Below are positions 9,601 to 21,300 of a stretch of 64,000 bases of DNA, piece after piece. The number at the start of each line of letters is the position of its first letter. Within the stretch, counting starts at the first letter, position 1. The notes below the pieces were generated by a model. The model was given only the letters and a program-made list of their open reading frames with translations. It was not told the origin of the DNA and did no database searches. The position numbers were made by a program, and so were the translations under genes. Origin of the DNA: a virus (lineage: Duplodnaviria; Caudoviricetes); the IMG/VR virus record IMGVR_UViG_3300005711_000021, positions 32,001 through 96,000 of that record. One strand, 5' to 3'.

Positions 9601-12600
9601 AAGAACTTAGAGAATATAGAAAAGCAAATCCTACTGCAGGTTATTTAGCAGAAGCTTATACTCAAGACGCAACAATTAGAAATAAAATATTAGATAGTGC
9701 TGCTAGTGATCCAAATCTTTATAAACGTATTGCAGAGATAGATGCTAATTCACCTACTTATGTTGTAGCAAAAGGTGATCAACAGCTATTACGTTCACAT
9801 GCTCAAAACATTGTAAATAATATCTTAGTAGATGATATCGATCCTTTTGATTATGCAAAAGAATATGGTTTTTCAAATAATCAAGCTAAACATATGAAGT
9901 ATTTATATAATCAAGCAAAAGAAGAATATACTGATTTCATGACAACATTCTTAGATGCTTTTACTTCAGGGAAAAATACATCATTTACTTATAATGCTAA
10001 AGATAAAACATTCGCTTTAATGAATGGTTCACAAAAAGCTTTAGATATAGACTTACCTAAATTAAAAGCTATGGATGGGACATTCTTTATAGATATGGGT
10101 TCTACTAAAGTAGCACTTCATGCAAAGATAGATGCACAGCGTGCTATTAAAAAAGGTACTTATGCAGGCAGTAAAGATGTGAATGTTATTTCTACTTTAG
10201 GAGCAGCTTTTAATGATACAACTAGTATGCTTAATTTCTACAAGGTTGCTAAAAAAGGAGATAGCAACAATGATATTTTAAGACGTACACAAAGCGTCCT
10301 TCAAAATGTCAAATCAGGTATTCTTTCAGGTTCAAGTGTTGACTTTAATGACATCTTAGATATTCAAACACCTTTTCGTGTAGACTATAAAGATATCATG
10401 GGACTTGCTCCTTTATTAAAACAAAATAAATTATTAGAAGGTAGACAATGGAGAGATCCAGAGTTTTTATCTAAATTAAGACTTGATAAAACATTTGAAA
10501 CTTCTGATGATGCTTATCGTGAATTATTCCAGAAAAACATTCCTGAGATGTTAAGAGTTATCGCTGAACAAAAAGGTGGATTCAATGATGAAACCTGGAT
10601 GGGTATGATAGCTAAGAACATGTCTTTCTTAGGAAAAGAAACACAAATAGCTGACTTTGTTGGTATGATTGATGGTATCGCTCATAGAGCTGGTATTGAA
10701 ATGTATAACAACATGCGTCCAGTTATTAACCAAACTCGTGCTGTGCTTTATCGTACAGAAGATTGGGAGAAAGCTTTAGCATCAGATGAATTTAAAGGAC
10801 GTAATGTAGGTTTAAAGCCAGTTACTTCAAGCCTCTCTTCTCAACAAATTTTAAATAGAGAGTTAACTGGTGTAGGAAGAACATCTGTTGAGTTACAAGT
10901 TGGTAAATTAAATATTTCAGAAATTCATTACCGAGGAGCTATTACTGATTACTATAACAAAAAAGGTAATTTATCTCAAAGAGACCAAACAGTATTTAAT
11001 AAATTAAAGTCTGTCAACTTAACAGAACAAGAACAAGTAGTAGACCCTAGAGTTGCTAGTAAGTTCTTTAATCGTATGCAAGAACAAAAGATTAGTTCTA
11101 GAAAACAATTAAGTTTCTATATGAATATTAATGAACAAACAATAGATGCTGTTAATGAAATAAAAAGTATGAGGCCTAGATTTGAAATTGATTCAGAAAC
11201 AGGTTTACTTCAATTTAAATATGGAAAAGGCGTTGAAAAGAAACGTCATGATAAATTATTAGACATTGAAGGTTATAATAAAAGCTATACTCAAATGTCT
11301 AAAATAACTGGTAAGTTTAATCAAGGTTATTTTTCTAAGACAGATGGCATGCTTATTAGAGAAGAAGAAATTAATAAACTTATCTCTGGCTTTAAAACAG
11401 CAGAAGAAGCAACTAAATTCTTAGATCAAACTTTTGATTCAGCTTGGTATGTAAAACCAAATGACATGGTAACTTATAAGAAAATGCTTAATGGCTTCGT
11501 TGAAAAAGGTATGGGCGATGTTCTTGCATTTGGATTAGGTGAAAGCGATGATAAAGTTAAACAATATTTATCTGCTATTAATAAAGGTTATATTGGAAGA
11601 GTTGCAACAGATGATTTTATCAATGAAGAGATACTAAGTAAGTTTGATTCTAATATTGGTAGAAAAGTTGGTATCAAATCTAAAGAAGAATTAAAAGACT
11701 TAATCTATAAAGAACGTTATGAAGCATTCGATACGTTAAGAGATATCTTTGGTAAAGAACATGATTTCTCATTATTAGCTAACCATTCACAAGGTAGCCA
11801 TAAAAATACACAACTAGGCTTTGAAGAATTAGTTGGGACAATGAAATATCATTTAACCAAAAATGGTATGACAGAAGATGATGCTATGTCTAAGGTCTTT
11901 AGTGACTTAACAGCTGCTGAACATAAGTTTATAAATATCGATGGTGTAAGTTTAAAAGATGGTGTTATTCAATTTCCTGACCATTTAAAAGGTGGACAAG
12001 ATTACTATGATAATGCAGCCTTAGAAAAGATACTTGATAAAGATGAATATAAAGCCATGAAAGATGGGTTACGAGTAAATTACAACGGAAAAGAAGTAGG
12101 TAGCTTTGTAATGACTGGTCTTTCAGAAGCAAGAGATTCACAATGGATGAGTGGTAAAACAGATCCTGAATTTATTGAAAGCATTGCTGATTTACAAGAA
12201 AAAGCAGCTCTTGCTACAGGTAAAGAAAAAGAAAAACTTGAAGCCAAAATACAAAGTTATCTTTCAGCTTTAGATTGGAATACAAAAGGACAAAAGATTA
12301 CAGATAGAGAAATTCAAATGTTAGAATTACAAAGATATGACCAAAATCTTGTAGACCTTATGCAATCTAAGTTAGATAATAATACTTTTGAATCTGTAAT
12401 GGGACATGTTTTACAAAGAGATGAAAAAGGTGCATTTGTTAAACAAGGTGATAAATATCTTATTGATGAATCTGTTCAAGGTAGAGCAATGTTATCTGAA
12501 ATGACAGATACATATCGTGAAAAGTATTTACGTGGGCAAGGTCAAACATTATTTGATATTACAGATAAAAAAATAGATGACATATTAAAAGCTAATTATT

Positions 12601-15278
12601 CTAACGAAAGCGTAAGAAGTGGTATTAAAAGCTTAGTTAGCAGTCAAGGTGAATTATCAAAAGATACTGCAGAACATTTATATTCTATGACTCGTGGTAT
12701 AAAAGCTGTTCGATTTAATGGAGCAGGTTCTTATAGTTTAGAACAAATGCAAGAAGAAGGATTTGAAATAAAGAAAGCAAATCAAATCTTTAAATCATTT
12801 GATCAAGGTAAATGGTCTTTAGAACATCCAGATAGTATATTCAATAAGAGCTTAATATTAGACTTTGGTGAAGAATTTAAATTAGATTCAGAACGCTATT
12901 TAGCACTTCCTTATGCCCCTTCAAAATTAACAGGAGATACAGTAGTTAGAGAAAACTTCCAAAAGAAATTGAATTCTGTTTTAACTTCTTTGAATAAGAT
13001 TGAAAACTTTAATAGAGGTGTTAAACAACCTAATGATACAAAAGAAAAACTTATGGCTAGTTTTAGAAAATATCGTACAGAGTTGCAACAAGAAATAGAA
13101 CTATTTTCTGCCACAGGTAAGAATGGAAATATGGGAGACTTTAGTGTCCGCTTAGACCAGTCTTTTGTAGGTAAATCTTCAGGTGTTGTTGCACTTAATC
13201 CTTTAGAGATTGAAGCTTTTAGTAAAAAAGAAGGAGCAAATGTCCATGAGCTTCTTGGTACATCTTATAGAAAAGCTTTAATTAGTTTAGGCGATGAAGA
13301 TAAAGCTCTAGAGTTTATGAACTATGAACCATTATCTCGTTCTAAGTTTATGGGTAAATCTATCCTTAATCATTATTCAGATGGTTTATATTTAAATGCT
13401 TCTTATGGTGGAGAAGACATCTTTAAAGAGATGGGAATCTTAAGTGAGAACTATCTAAAAAAATCTGGCTTTGATTCTATGGATGCTCTTAAAAAGCATT
13501 TAGAAACAGAAGGTATTATGGTTAATGCAATTCGTACACCAACTATCAAAATGGATTCTACTGCTCCTGCTATGATGTATTTAGATACTTCATTAAAAGG
13601 TAAAAGAGTTAAGACATTATTAGAACCTTCTCTTGCTAGAACAGAGGACTACGATGGGGACCAACCTATCTTCTCTATTTTTAAAAACATAAATGGTGAA
13701 GATTCATTAATAGCAATGAGAAATGGTCATGGTGATGATCTAGTATGGAAAGATATACAAGCTAACATGGTAAGTAGAGGAGTTGGTTCTCATCAATACT
13801 TCCACGATAAGACATATAAGACATTAATTGAAGATGCTCAAAAGTCATTCCAAAATGGTAGTTTCATTTCTTTAACTGGAGATACTGCATTAGATGAAAG
13901 AATATACGCTGAGTTCAACATTGCTCCTACATCAGAAGCTATTATGAAAAATTCAGAAGCTCTAGATGAATTACAAAGCATTTATAAATCAAAACATGGG
14001 GCAGCTTTTAATTTAACAAATGCTGATGATATTGGTAGAGTTTCTGATATTATTGAATCTATGGAAGGCAATACAAGAGAACGTTATTTAAAAGCAGCAG
14101 CTTTTGATCAAGCCTTTGCAAAAACAGAAACAGGTTCTATTGCAAAAGTACGTAAAACAGCTATCGGTGAAGTCAATAACCCATTAGCAAGATTAAGAAG
14201 AACTGCTGACTTAGCACTTCCTAAATTTGGACCAGATTCAGAAAAACGTATGATTCTTCAAAAAGCTTTTGAAGATATTGAGCAAGAGGTTATCTCTGCT
14301 AAAAAAGGAAGTCTTAGAGACTACTGGGATAAAACATCTACATTCAAATCTGCATTAAGTAATTTAACATCTGGAGACACTCAACGCAAAATTGCGGGCA
14401 GAAGAGAAATGACAGAATGGTTAAATTTAAACATGGCTGGAGACTTTGAAAAAAGTGCAAGTCATTTAGCAGCTATTAATTATATGCCTAATACATCTAA
14501 AGAAGATGCTTTTAATTATATTCGTGATACATTTGTAGAAACAATTGGAAGTTTTGATTCTTTAGAATTGCAAAGATTAAAACAATATGATACTCTAGGA
14601 AGTAGTATTAAATCTTATGGATTAATGAATAATGCAGGAGATTTATTAAAATATGCTCCTAATGATAAGACCACTCTTAAAAATATCGGAGTTAATGCAG
14701 CTGTTGAAGCAGGTTTACTAGATACAACTTTAATAGATACAAATCATATTCAAGGTGTAACAGCAATTAAAATGCATGGCGTTTCTCAAGATGTTTTAAA
14801 AGATGGAAATAACGAAATCAGAGAGCAAGTTACAAGTGGTCTTAAAAAAGGCATGTCAGAAATGGCACAATCCATGACAAAGGGGATGTCAGAATTAGCT
14901 GGTTCTAAATTAGGACTAGTATCTGCAGGATTAGCAGCAGCTTATATGATAACAGGTTTTATTGGTAACAATGCATCTCACCCTGCAGATATGCAAGCTG
15001 CACAACAAATGACACAACCTAGTGGCGGTGGGTTACCACAACTAAGTGATTACGGAGATTCTTATCAAAATAGTATGCCTTCTAATAGTGGATATGTTAT
15101 TAATGTTAGAGGAAATGGTTCGCCACAAACATTAGCTAGAGCACAACAAAGCATTTCTCAAACTATGGGTAATACAATTGATGCGAACATAAACGTAAGA
15201 ATGAATATTATGGAATCTAACGGTAATATAAACGATAGATATCTTGATCAATTACTTGTTAACGCTATCGGAAGATAG
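6693..15278 (+). CDS. Giant protein: N-terminal DEDDh 3'-5' exonuclease fused to a putative single-chain two-barrel (DPBB) RNA polymerase, with a C-terminal hydrophobic helix; likely virion-associated
   Basis: ATG 6693 after GAGGTG (track start GTG 6684). Exo motifs YDYETMG (D194,E196), YNGVIAD (D359), AHTAGFD (H455,D460). RNAP-like motifs KMLNGFVEKG (K1600/K1608), AIRTPT (R2284), EDYDGDQ (D2322/D2324/D2326). C-terminal KLGLVSAGLAAAYMITGFIG. Confidence 0.7.
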   Translation: MKKNKRYTYSDEVRSRLLLQRDKEIDQVAKNILVKKYEDELKKEYPDANAKELKKKIVDKYKKEYYDIRSNIIAPLYHDKVSDIIKIGKESVIISNTKNYNQETTYAENTKLPDIYKKISIKSDLFDVMEKYGTSYNNTSKTQTGSALISNVIEFDKLNYSYTTVKASQSLEHANKAYEFFKKSKKFMAYDYETMGGTDEFGYKRVDALTEFAYSVFDKESGKSKTVSTIVGLDKKQETRFRELIKNVNRDGISSNEQDVIYRRIGLYGHKNTSFIKDADGMYKVEKMADLEYGHRFSDADLERGFKRLRDIYEDQAKLGKTTGGLYKWQERYAEMIGLMNNKDMAVLDYNGVIADRPWQNKFLATMDLNESQRQEFMKIAGINDMFLDTTSERFYDVRVHTRYAANNVGSEAYYSTDEAKKRLKGNTPFSQEGITRTLFAEEYEKAGGGAHTAGFDTQLLAKLATDKNGFGMNGETFVDRIYRDANLSKSAINSSVRTGNLDLLMANQSVQFFGGGNGPLSYVYDPVSKNYRTANQYSLGETVSKEFTKENPIKRGRLYTLDFAGQVNMTDEWVKNIDGIHDEYAQKSLYAIKLNPFFDEKVAGAHQGLRGHSVMFFNSKEQMEATLSNMTKIGERDSATNPFRFLSGKAGEEVREMFTTHNVVNGKIIKGESPVSINEIITKATYADVNDTAARMIREDSFSKAMNFSQFYDKLNEFNEAPVTKKEANNILLQIMQSKDRKISKRVASGKVLELSYADIQETLGYSLDNGKTHNLISNTLNNQMTAFEYMSSQNEVFKAIKNHFYEQGYDSDQFQFKFENILNQLTEQEINSITKNPRKSKEFWNNGKPTELFGKDLNYFNFDVRDFFRERIESPIQAYSKPIIDEDILRIDLGPGKEYNFVNNLLRRTSYTTEMNAAQKNNEGITQLRNFVKNVQADKSYGDLFSQFDDAKIASYQSSDMFASSIIQELREYRKANPTAGYLAEAYTQDATIRNKILDSAASDPNLYKRIAEIDANSPTYVVAKGDQQLLRSHAQNIVNNILVDDIDPFDYAKEYGFSNNQAKHMKYLYNQAKEEYTDFMTTFLDAFTSGKNTSFTYNAKDKTFALMNGSQKALDIDLPKLKAMDGTFFIDMGSTKVALHAKIDAQRAIKKGTYAGSKDVNVISTLGAAFNDTTSMLNFYKVAKKGDSNNDILRRTQSVLQNVKSGILSGSSVDFNDILDIQTPFRVDYKDIMGLAPLLKQNKLLEGRQWRDPEFLSKLRLDKTFETSDDAYRELFQKNIPEMLRVIAEQKGGFNDETWMGMIAKNMSFLGKETQIADFVGMIDGIAHRAGIEMYNNMRPVINQTRAVLYRTEDWEKALASDEFKGRNVGLKPVTSSLSSQQILNRELTGVGRTSVELQVGKLNISEIHYRGAITDYYNKKGNLSQRDQTVFNKLKSVNLTEQEQVVDPRVASKFFNRMQEQKISSRKQLSFYMNINEQTIDAVNEIKSMRPRFEIDSETGLLQFKYGKGVEKKRHDKLLDIEGYNKSYTQMSKITGKFNQGYFSKTDGMLIREEEINKLISGFKTAEEATKFLDQTFDSAWYVKPNDMVTYKKMLNGFVEKGMGDVLAFGLGESDDKVKQYLSAINKGYIGRVATDDFINEEILSKFDSNIGRKVGIKSKEELKDLIYKERYEAFDTLRDIFGKEHDFSLLANHSQGSHKNTQLGFEELVGTMKYHLTKNGMTEDDAMSKVFSDLTAAEHKFINIDGVSLKDGVIQFPDHLKGGQDYYDNAALEKILDKDEYKAMKDGLRVNYNGKEVGSFVMTGLSEARDSQWMSGKTDPEFIESIADLQEKAALATGKEKEKLEAKIQSYLSALDWNTKGQKITDREIQMLELQRYDQNLVDLMQSKLDNNTFESVMGHVLQRDEKGAFVKQGDKYLIDESVQGRAMLSEMTDTYREKYLRGQGQTLFDITDKKIDDILKANYSNESVRSGIKSLVSSQGELSKDTAEHLYSMTRGIKAVRFNGAGSYSLEQMQEEGFEIKKANQIFKSFDQGKWSLEHPDSIFNKSLILDFGEEFKLDSERYLALPYAPSKLTGDTVVRENFQKKLNSVLTSLNKIENFNRGVKQPNDTKEKLMASFRKYRTELQQEIELFSATGKNGNMGDFSVRLDQSFVGKSSGVVALNPLEIEAFSKKEGANVHELLGTSYRKALISLGDEDKALEFMNYEPLSRSKFMGKSILNHYSDGLYLNASYGGEDIFKEMGILSENYLKKSGFDSMDALKKHLETEGIMVNAIRTPTIKMDSTAPAMMYLDTSLKGKRVKTLLEPSLARTEDYDGDQPIFSIFKNINGEDSLIAMRNGHGDDLVWKDIQANMVSRGVGSHQYFHDKTYKTLIEDAQKSFQNGSFISLTGDTALDERIYAEFNIAPTSEAIMKNSEALDELQSIYKSKHGAAFNLTNADDIGRVSDIIESMEGNTRERYLKAAAFDQAFAKTETGSIAKVRKTAIGEVNNPLARLRRTADLALPKFGPDSEKRMILQKAFEDIEQEVISAKKGSLRDYWDKTSTFKSALSNLTSGDTQRKIAGRREMTEWLNLNMAGDFEKSASHLAAINYMPNTSKEDAFNYIRDTFVETIGSFDSLELQRLKQYDTLGSSIKSYGLMNNAGDLLKYAPNDKTTLKNIGVNAAVEAGLLDTTLIDTNHIQGVTAIKMHGVSQDVLKDGNNEIREQVTSGLKKGMSEMAQSMTKGMSELAGSKLGLVSAGLAAAYMITGFIGNNASHPADMQAAQQMTQPSGGGLPQLSDYGDSYQNSMPSNSGYVINVRGNGSPQTLARAQQSISQTMGNTIDANINVRMNIMESNGNINDRYLDQLLVNAIGR

Positions 15279-15313
15279 CGTTAATTTTGATAATAAAAAT
15301 AGGAGGATAAAAC

Positions 15314-18300
15314 ATGAGTCAATCTACTAATAATGCTTCAAAAATACTTGACGAGCTTTTAATTACATCTGAAGGTTACGTCCTAAAAGATGATGATTTT
15401 AGTTTACCTACAGATATGGATTTCTCTTCAGAAAGTTTTAGTGTAGACTTATACAACAAGTTAAATAATGGTGAATTAGATTTTCCATTATATTTAGAAA
15501 CACCATTTTCAACAAAACCAGGTTATTATGAAGATGAACGTGTTTTTATTGCAACAGCTGTTCCATATATCAAAAAAGCTATTAAAAAACATATACCTGA
15601 TAACATAAGAGCTTTAAATACAGCTGAGTCACATGAACAACTAAACTCTGATGACGGCGATACTGTTTACTTTATGAATGAAACTTTATTTTCAGGTGAA
15701 TCTGCTTTTATATTAGGTGATAGAGCATATGAAAACTTAGATGAGTTTTTAAATATTCAATCTAACAAAAACGGTAAGTTTGGTGTCCGTTTCCTAGGTA
15801 TAGATGCACCCGAAATTCCTCACTACATATCTACGCCAATGACATCTGGAGATATTCATAAATTTAAATTCGGAAAGATTAAAAACAAAAGTAACTTTGT
15901 TTTTTCTAAGTTTAAAATATCTGGAGAGTCTATTCTTGATAGAAATGATAATGATACAATAAGTTTTTTCTATGACTCAGAAAATGATACATATTATGAA
16001 ATAATTGAAGAACATTTTGCTCCAGGTTATTTAGATTTATCGGATGAAGAAAAGAAAAAAATAGAAAGTCTAAATGGCACAATCGGAAAAATCGTATATG
16101 TAGATGAGTCTAAAAAGACAACTGTTAAAAAAGGACTTGAAGCTGCAGAAACAGTTAGAGATATGGTTGGTAGAGCAGAAGAAATTTGTTTAATGTTAGA
16201 CCAACAAAGTTTAAATAGACAAACTAACCATTATGAATCACCTTATAATAATGATTACTACTCTTATAACTTCTCACATGCTTTAACACCATGGAATACT
16301 ATTAAAAACTATTGGAATAAATTTTTTAGTGATGCCCGTTATAAATATATGGGATTTAATGCATGGGGACAAGATAATAATAAACGTATGCTTGGAACTA
16401 TTTATTTAAAAGTAGTAGTACCTGAATTAGGTGAAGAAGCTGTTTGGATTAACTTATCTAAATATGTTCTTCAAAAGTTTCCTAAGGATGTAGAAGCATT
16501 ACCAGATTATACATCAGATCCAAAACAAAACTTACATAATGGTTTTTGTTCAAGTGCTTTTAAATTATGGACATATAACTTTACAGACCAAGTAATTCTT
16601 GATGCATTCACAACTTATACAGATGATTTTGTTGAAGAAAGAAATAAAATCTTTGAAGAACTTGCTGGAATGAGTATGAATGATATAAAAGAATATACGA
16701 TGATTTTAGGAGATAATGTTTTTATCGTGCCTCCAACATCTATTCGTTGTATGACTCAAACTCAAGCAGAAAGAGTACAGCTTTTACGTTCAAGAGGTTC
16801 TGCTACAAAGCAAGCTCCTATTTCTGAAAAGATGATAGAACTAAAACTTTATTTTAATAATGAAGATGGTATTAATGGTACACCATATGATGTAACACTC
16901 CCTAATGGACATAAAATAACTTATTGGATGAATGGATTAAGAAGTTTAATAGCTCAATTTAAATTAACACCGTTCTTACCTATTGAAAATAATTATATCA
17001 ATCAAGTGCTTAATGTATATGCAGTTACTTTAATGGATTTACAAGTATCTACAATGCCAGGTTTTCCTAAATGTTTACAAGTTACATTAACACTTCAAGA
17101 ATTTAATTATCATATTTATATGCCCGAATTACCTCTTCCTGAATTATTAAAAGAAGAAGATTTGTATATTAATATGTTTGCTAGATGTATTCATTATCCA
17201 GTAATGCGTTGGTACTATCAACGACTTCTTCAAAAAGGTGAAAAAGTTAAAAACTTAGCTTTTAATAGTAAAGAATATATTGCAGAAACATTCGGTTCTA
17301 ATACGGCACTTGTTCCAATGGATTTTAAAGATTCAGCAATTGAATTTTACTTACCAGATAAAAAACTTTTAGATAGACGTTTACAAGTTTTCCTTGCAAG
17401 AGAATCTAAACCTTTACGTTCTTCTTATGAATTAACAGATGACGGCAAAGAACTTATTAGACAAATGGCCCCTATCTATAATGATTTACTTATAAATAAA
17501 ATAAATAAAGACACAATTGCTTTAGGTAAAAAAATAACAGAAGTTTGTACAGTTGATTATTCAGGTGTTAAAGAATATTATCCTCATACTTTATTTGATA
17601 TTAAAACGAATTCTGCTGTTCTTGAAAATAATGATGTAGGTCAGTTTTACAAATACAAATATCAATTAGTCGGATCAGATAACAATATGTTATTTGGCTC
17701 ATCATTTGCAAATTACACATCAGAAACAGAAAACAGATTCTTTAAATCTGATTTTGGGATTGAACGTGTACAACCACCTATTGGAAATTTTGTAAGAGCT
17801 ATTGAATATGACAATATCCCAATTGATGATTATGATGGTAGAGCAAAAACAACAGGCTCTCCTTATGTATCAAAACATATATCTGACTACTTTAATAGCT
17901 TTACAGGTTTATCTAAATTTGGTGGTTACGAAGTAAAAGAAAGTATTGAAACATATGAAAATGGTAAAGAAGGACGATTTATTTTTGATGTATATGTTGC
18001 AATGCCACAAATACTTAAATCTCAAGTAGAAAGAGAAGAGTTTTTAAAAAATGTTATTACTCAATTAAAAGTAGATAATAATTCGGATATATTTGATTAT
18101 AATTCAGCAGGAGCATTATGTATTAAAATTCGATTTGCAATTCCTACACTTGTTTATAAAGTTAATCTTTATTCAAAAGAGGAACATATTGTTCATGTTG
18201 CAAATGGCGATATTTCATTAGACACATATAGTAATGGATTTGCATTTTTAGGATTTTGTGATCAAAACGTAAAAACTATTTATTTAGAAGATGGCACAAA

Positions 18301-21300
18301 AGAATACTTAGACTATACTGGAAATGCAATGGAAGATATGTCTGAAGATGCTATTGAAGCAAATAAATACAACTACCTAGAATCAGAAAACAGTATTGAT
18401 TTCAAGAAATATGATTTCGGCGAAGATATTAATATTCAATCTATCAGCTGTTCTTATTCAAATAGTTTAGCAAGAGTAAGACTAAATGCTATGGATGGTT
18501 ATGCACATCAATTCTGTGGCGGACAAGATTCTGTTATAGAGATTTCTATTACAACAAAGAATGAATCAGCAGCTTCATTACTTCAAAACCTACCTAGAAT
18601 TGCAGCAAGTTATGTTATTGATTATAAAGAAATTCTTCCATGTTGGCCACTTCGTATAAAGTCAGAGATTACAAAGCTATTTGGTATTAATGAAGTATTA
18701 GTTGAAGCAGTAGATTTATCAACTGTACCAAACTATCCAGGACTATATAGTATCACATTGAGAATGGTATCTGTAGATAGAAGTACTCGTAATAGAGAGA
18801 CACTTAAAAAACTTGAAGAAATTAATAATGCAGGTACTCTTGCAAATGATGCTAAAGGTGAATATATGCAAAATACATTCTTTGATTTAAATCGTGTATT
18901 AGGCAAAGCAGAAATTTATCCTGATTTAGAATTACCATTAGTAGATGAACTTGAATATGCTGGTTATAAGTTAACAAAATATTATAATCCAGAACAAAGT
19001 ACAAGAAAATATTTAGACCCAGATTTCTATTTTGTTTATGCTCATATTCTTACTCATGAGCTATTAAAATCAGCAATACAAAAAGGATTAGATGAACAAA
19101 AAGTAGAACTTGGTTTTGAACTTAATGATAAATTTGGAAGTTCATATTTAGTTAAAGAAAACACAGATACAGAATCCAATTTACCAATGTCTGCAGAACC
19201 CACAAATGATGTTGCAAAAGATATACAACAACAAGCAGAAGCTGCTTATTCAACTAAATATATAGATTCTGTTGCAGATACAATGAATAGAAGAGGATGG
19301 TTGGCTCTTGAAGAGAAATATAAATTATCTTCTAAATTACCTCAAACACTTGCAGGAATGAAAACACCAGTTTGGTCTATTACAGATAAGCTTGTCTTTC
19401 CATTAAGAGAAGAACAATACAAGTTAATTTATAATGGTAATGAAGAACAAGATAATATTTATCACCAACAAATTAAATCCCATGAAGATAAAATGTATTC
19501 TATTATAGATAATGAATTAAACTATCCAATTAACATGAAAGCAATCGGTATGGAAGAATACACTAAGAAAAATTTTCCTGGTGATCATTTAAGAGATAGC
19601 GAATCATTATTAAAGTGGGCAGAAAAACGTATTGGTAAATTCTCTAAACAATATGCTTATAATCGTTCATTCATTAATGAGTTGGCACATGATAATTTAA
19701 ATGATCCAACTGCTGTTAAAGTAAATGGATTAAAAGATATTCTTCTTGCTTTTGCAGATAGTGCTACAGGCTATGCATTTTGTGAAACTACAAAAGTCCT
19801 TGCAATAAATTTAGCTTCAACAAAAGATGATAAATATTCTGCTGTAAACTGGAAGCTTAAAATGTTTAATAATTATGGTGGACAAGTTTATAATGGAAAT
19901 ACTGTTAATTGGGATGTGCTAGAACCTTATTGTAAAACAAGAGGTAAGGACAGAGAGTTTGCAATGAATCTAGATGATGCGATTGAGAATGGTACATCAT
20001 TTGGTATTTATCAAATTCAAATGTATCCAAAGGCTGCTATTATTGATTTAATGTCAAGTGAATATGAAAAACAAAAAGTAATGCAAAGTAAAGTAGAGTT
20101 TGTTTTCTTAGATCCTTATTATAGATCGTTACAATTAGATGATCCTACAAGTGATGAATTAAAAGCTTATAAAATGAAATTATTACTTGACCCAGCATAT
20201 TGTGCGTATGCTTATATTAGAAATCTAATGGTATGGTATAAATATCTTCTAAAAGAAGAAATTGCTTTATCTATGTATGAAACCATTAAAAATGAAGCTG
20301 CTAGTAAAATAAAAGTTTCAATAGGAGATATCAATTCTTATGGTTACGGCAGCTCGGGAGAAACAATTAATAATTTCAAAGAAGATAAATTTGAAAAAGC
20401 TACTAATCAAACGTATAAAGAAGTTTTTACTCAACATGCAAAAGTATTCGCTATTGCCTATGCAGTCTTATACGATACTAAAAATAATAACCATCTAGCA
20501 ACGGAAACAGCTCTTGAAGAAGAAGGCGTTCCAAATGAGTTATTTAGTTATGTAGATAAATACAAAAACAAGACTGAAAAAGATTTAAAAGCTTTAGAAG
20601 TAGATATTAGAAAAGACTTAAAAAAGGAAAAAGAAAACAAAGAACACTCAGATGAAATCAAAGAAGCTTATATTAATAACTATAAACTTATGCTTTCTGC
20701 ATTAGGCTATGATGTAGATAATGATACCCATACAGAAGTTACATACGACAATCTTTTAAGATATGGTGTTGCTATTGTAGGTCAATATGAAACACAAAAA
20801 GAAGAATCTCGTATCAATAATCAAACTTTTAAAGAAATAATTGAACAACTTACTTCTGATAAAAAAGATATTATAAAAGGTAAATTAATAGGTCTTTCTT
20901 TATTACTTCTTAAAAATGGTGGCAGTGTTTTATCTGCAATGAGAAGAAGAGAAACTTATGAGCTAGATAGTTTAATGTTGAGTTTACCAATGCCAACAAT
21001 TAATGGCGAAAACAATGATTTAAGAAAATATGTTTTAGCATTAGATGGACGTGGCGTATTAAAATTAGAATATGTAGGTTCTTCTACTCAATCTGCAGAA
21101 TCGTTGGTTAAATTTGCAGCTTCAACTAGAATTAACATTAAAAAATGTAATAACATTCGAGAGTATCTAAAAGACTCATTCTTAGATATGATTAAATACG
21201 ATAAGCGAGGAAGAATGTTAAGAGCTTTCCCTACTTATTACATGTTATTTATAGATGAAGGACGTGATATTGGTTTATGGAAACTACATGATAACTTTTA

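Noticed and set aside
6693-15278. Family A/B/C DNA polymerase because of the DEDD exonuclease
   Set aside because: No PolA, PolB (DxxSLYPS, YGDTDS) or PolC motifs were found. The polymerase-like motifs present are of the two-barrel RNAP type.
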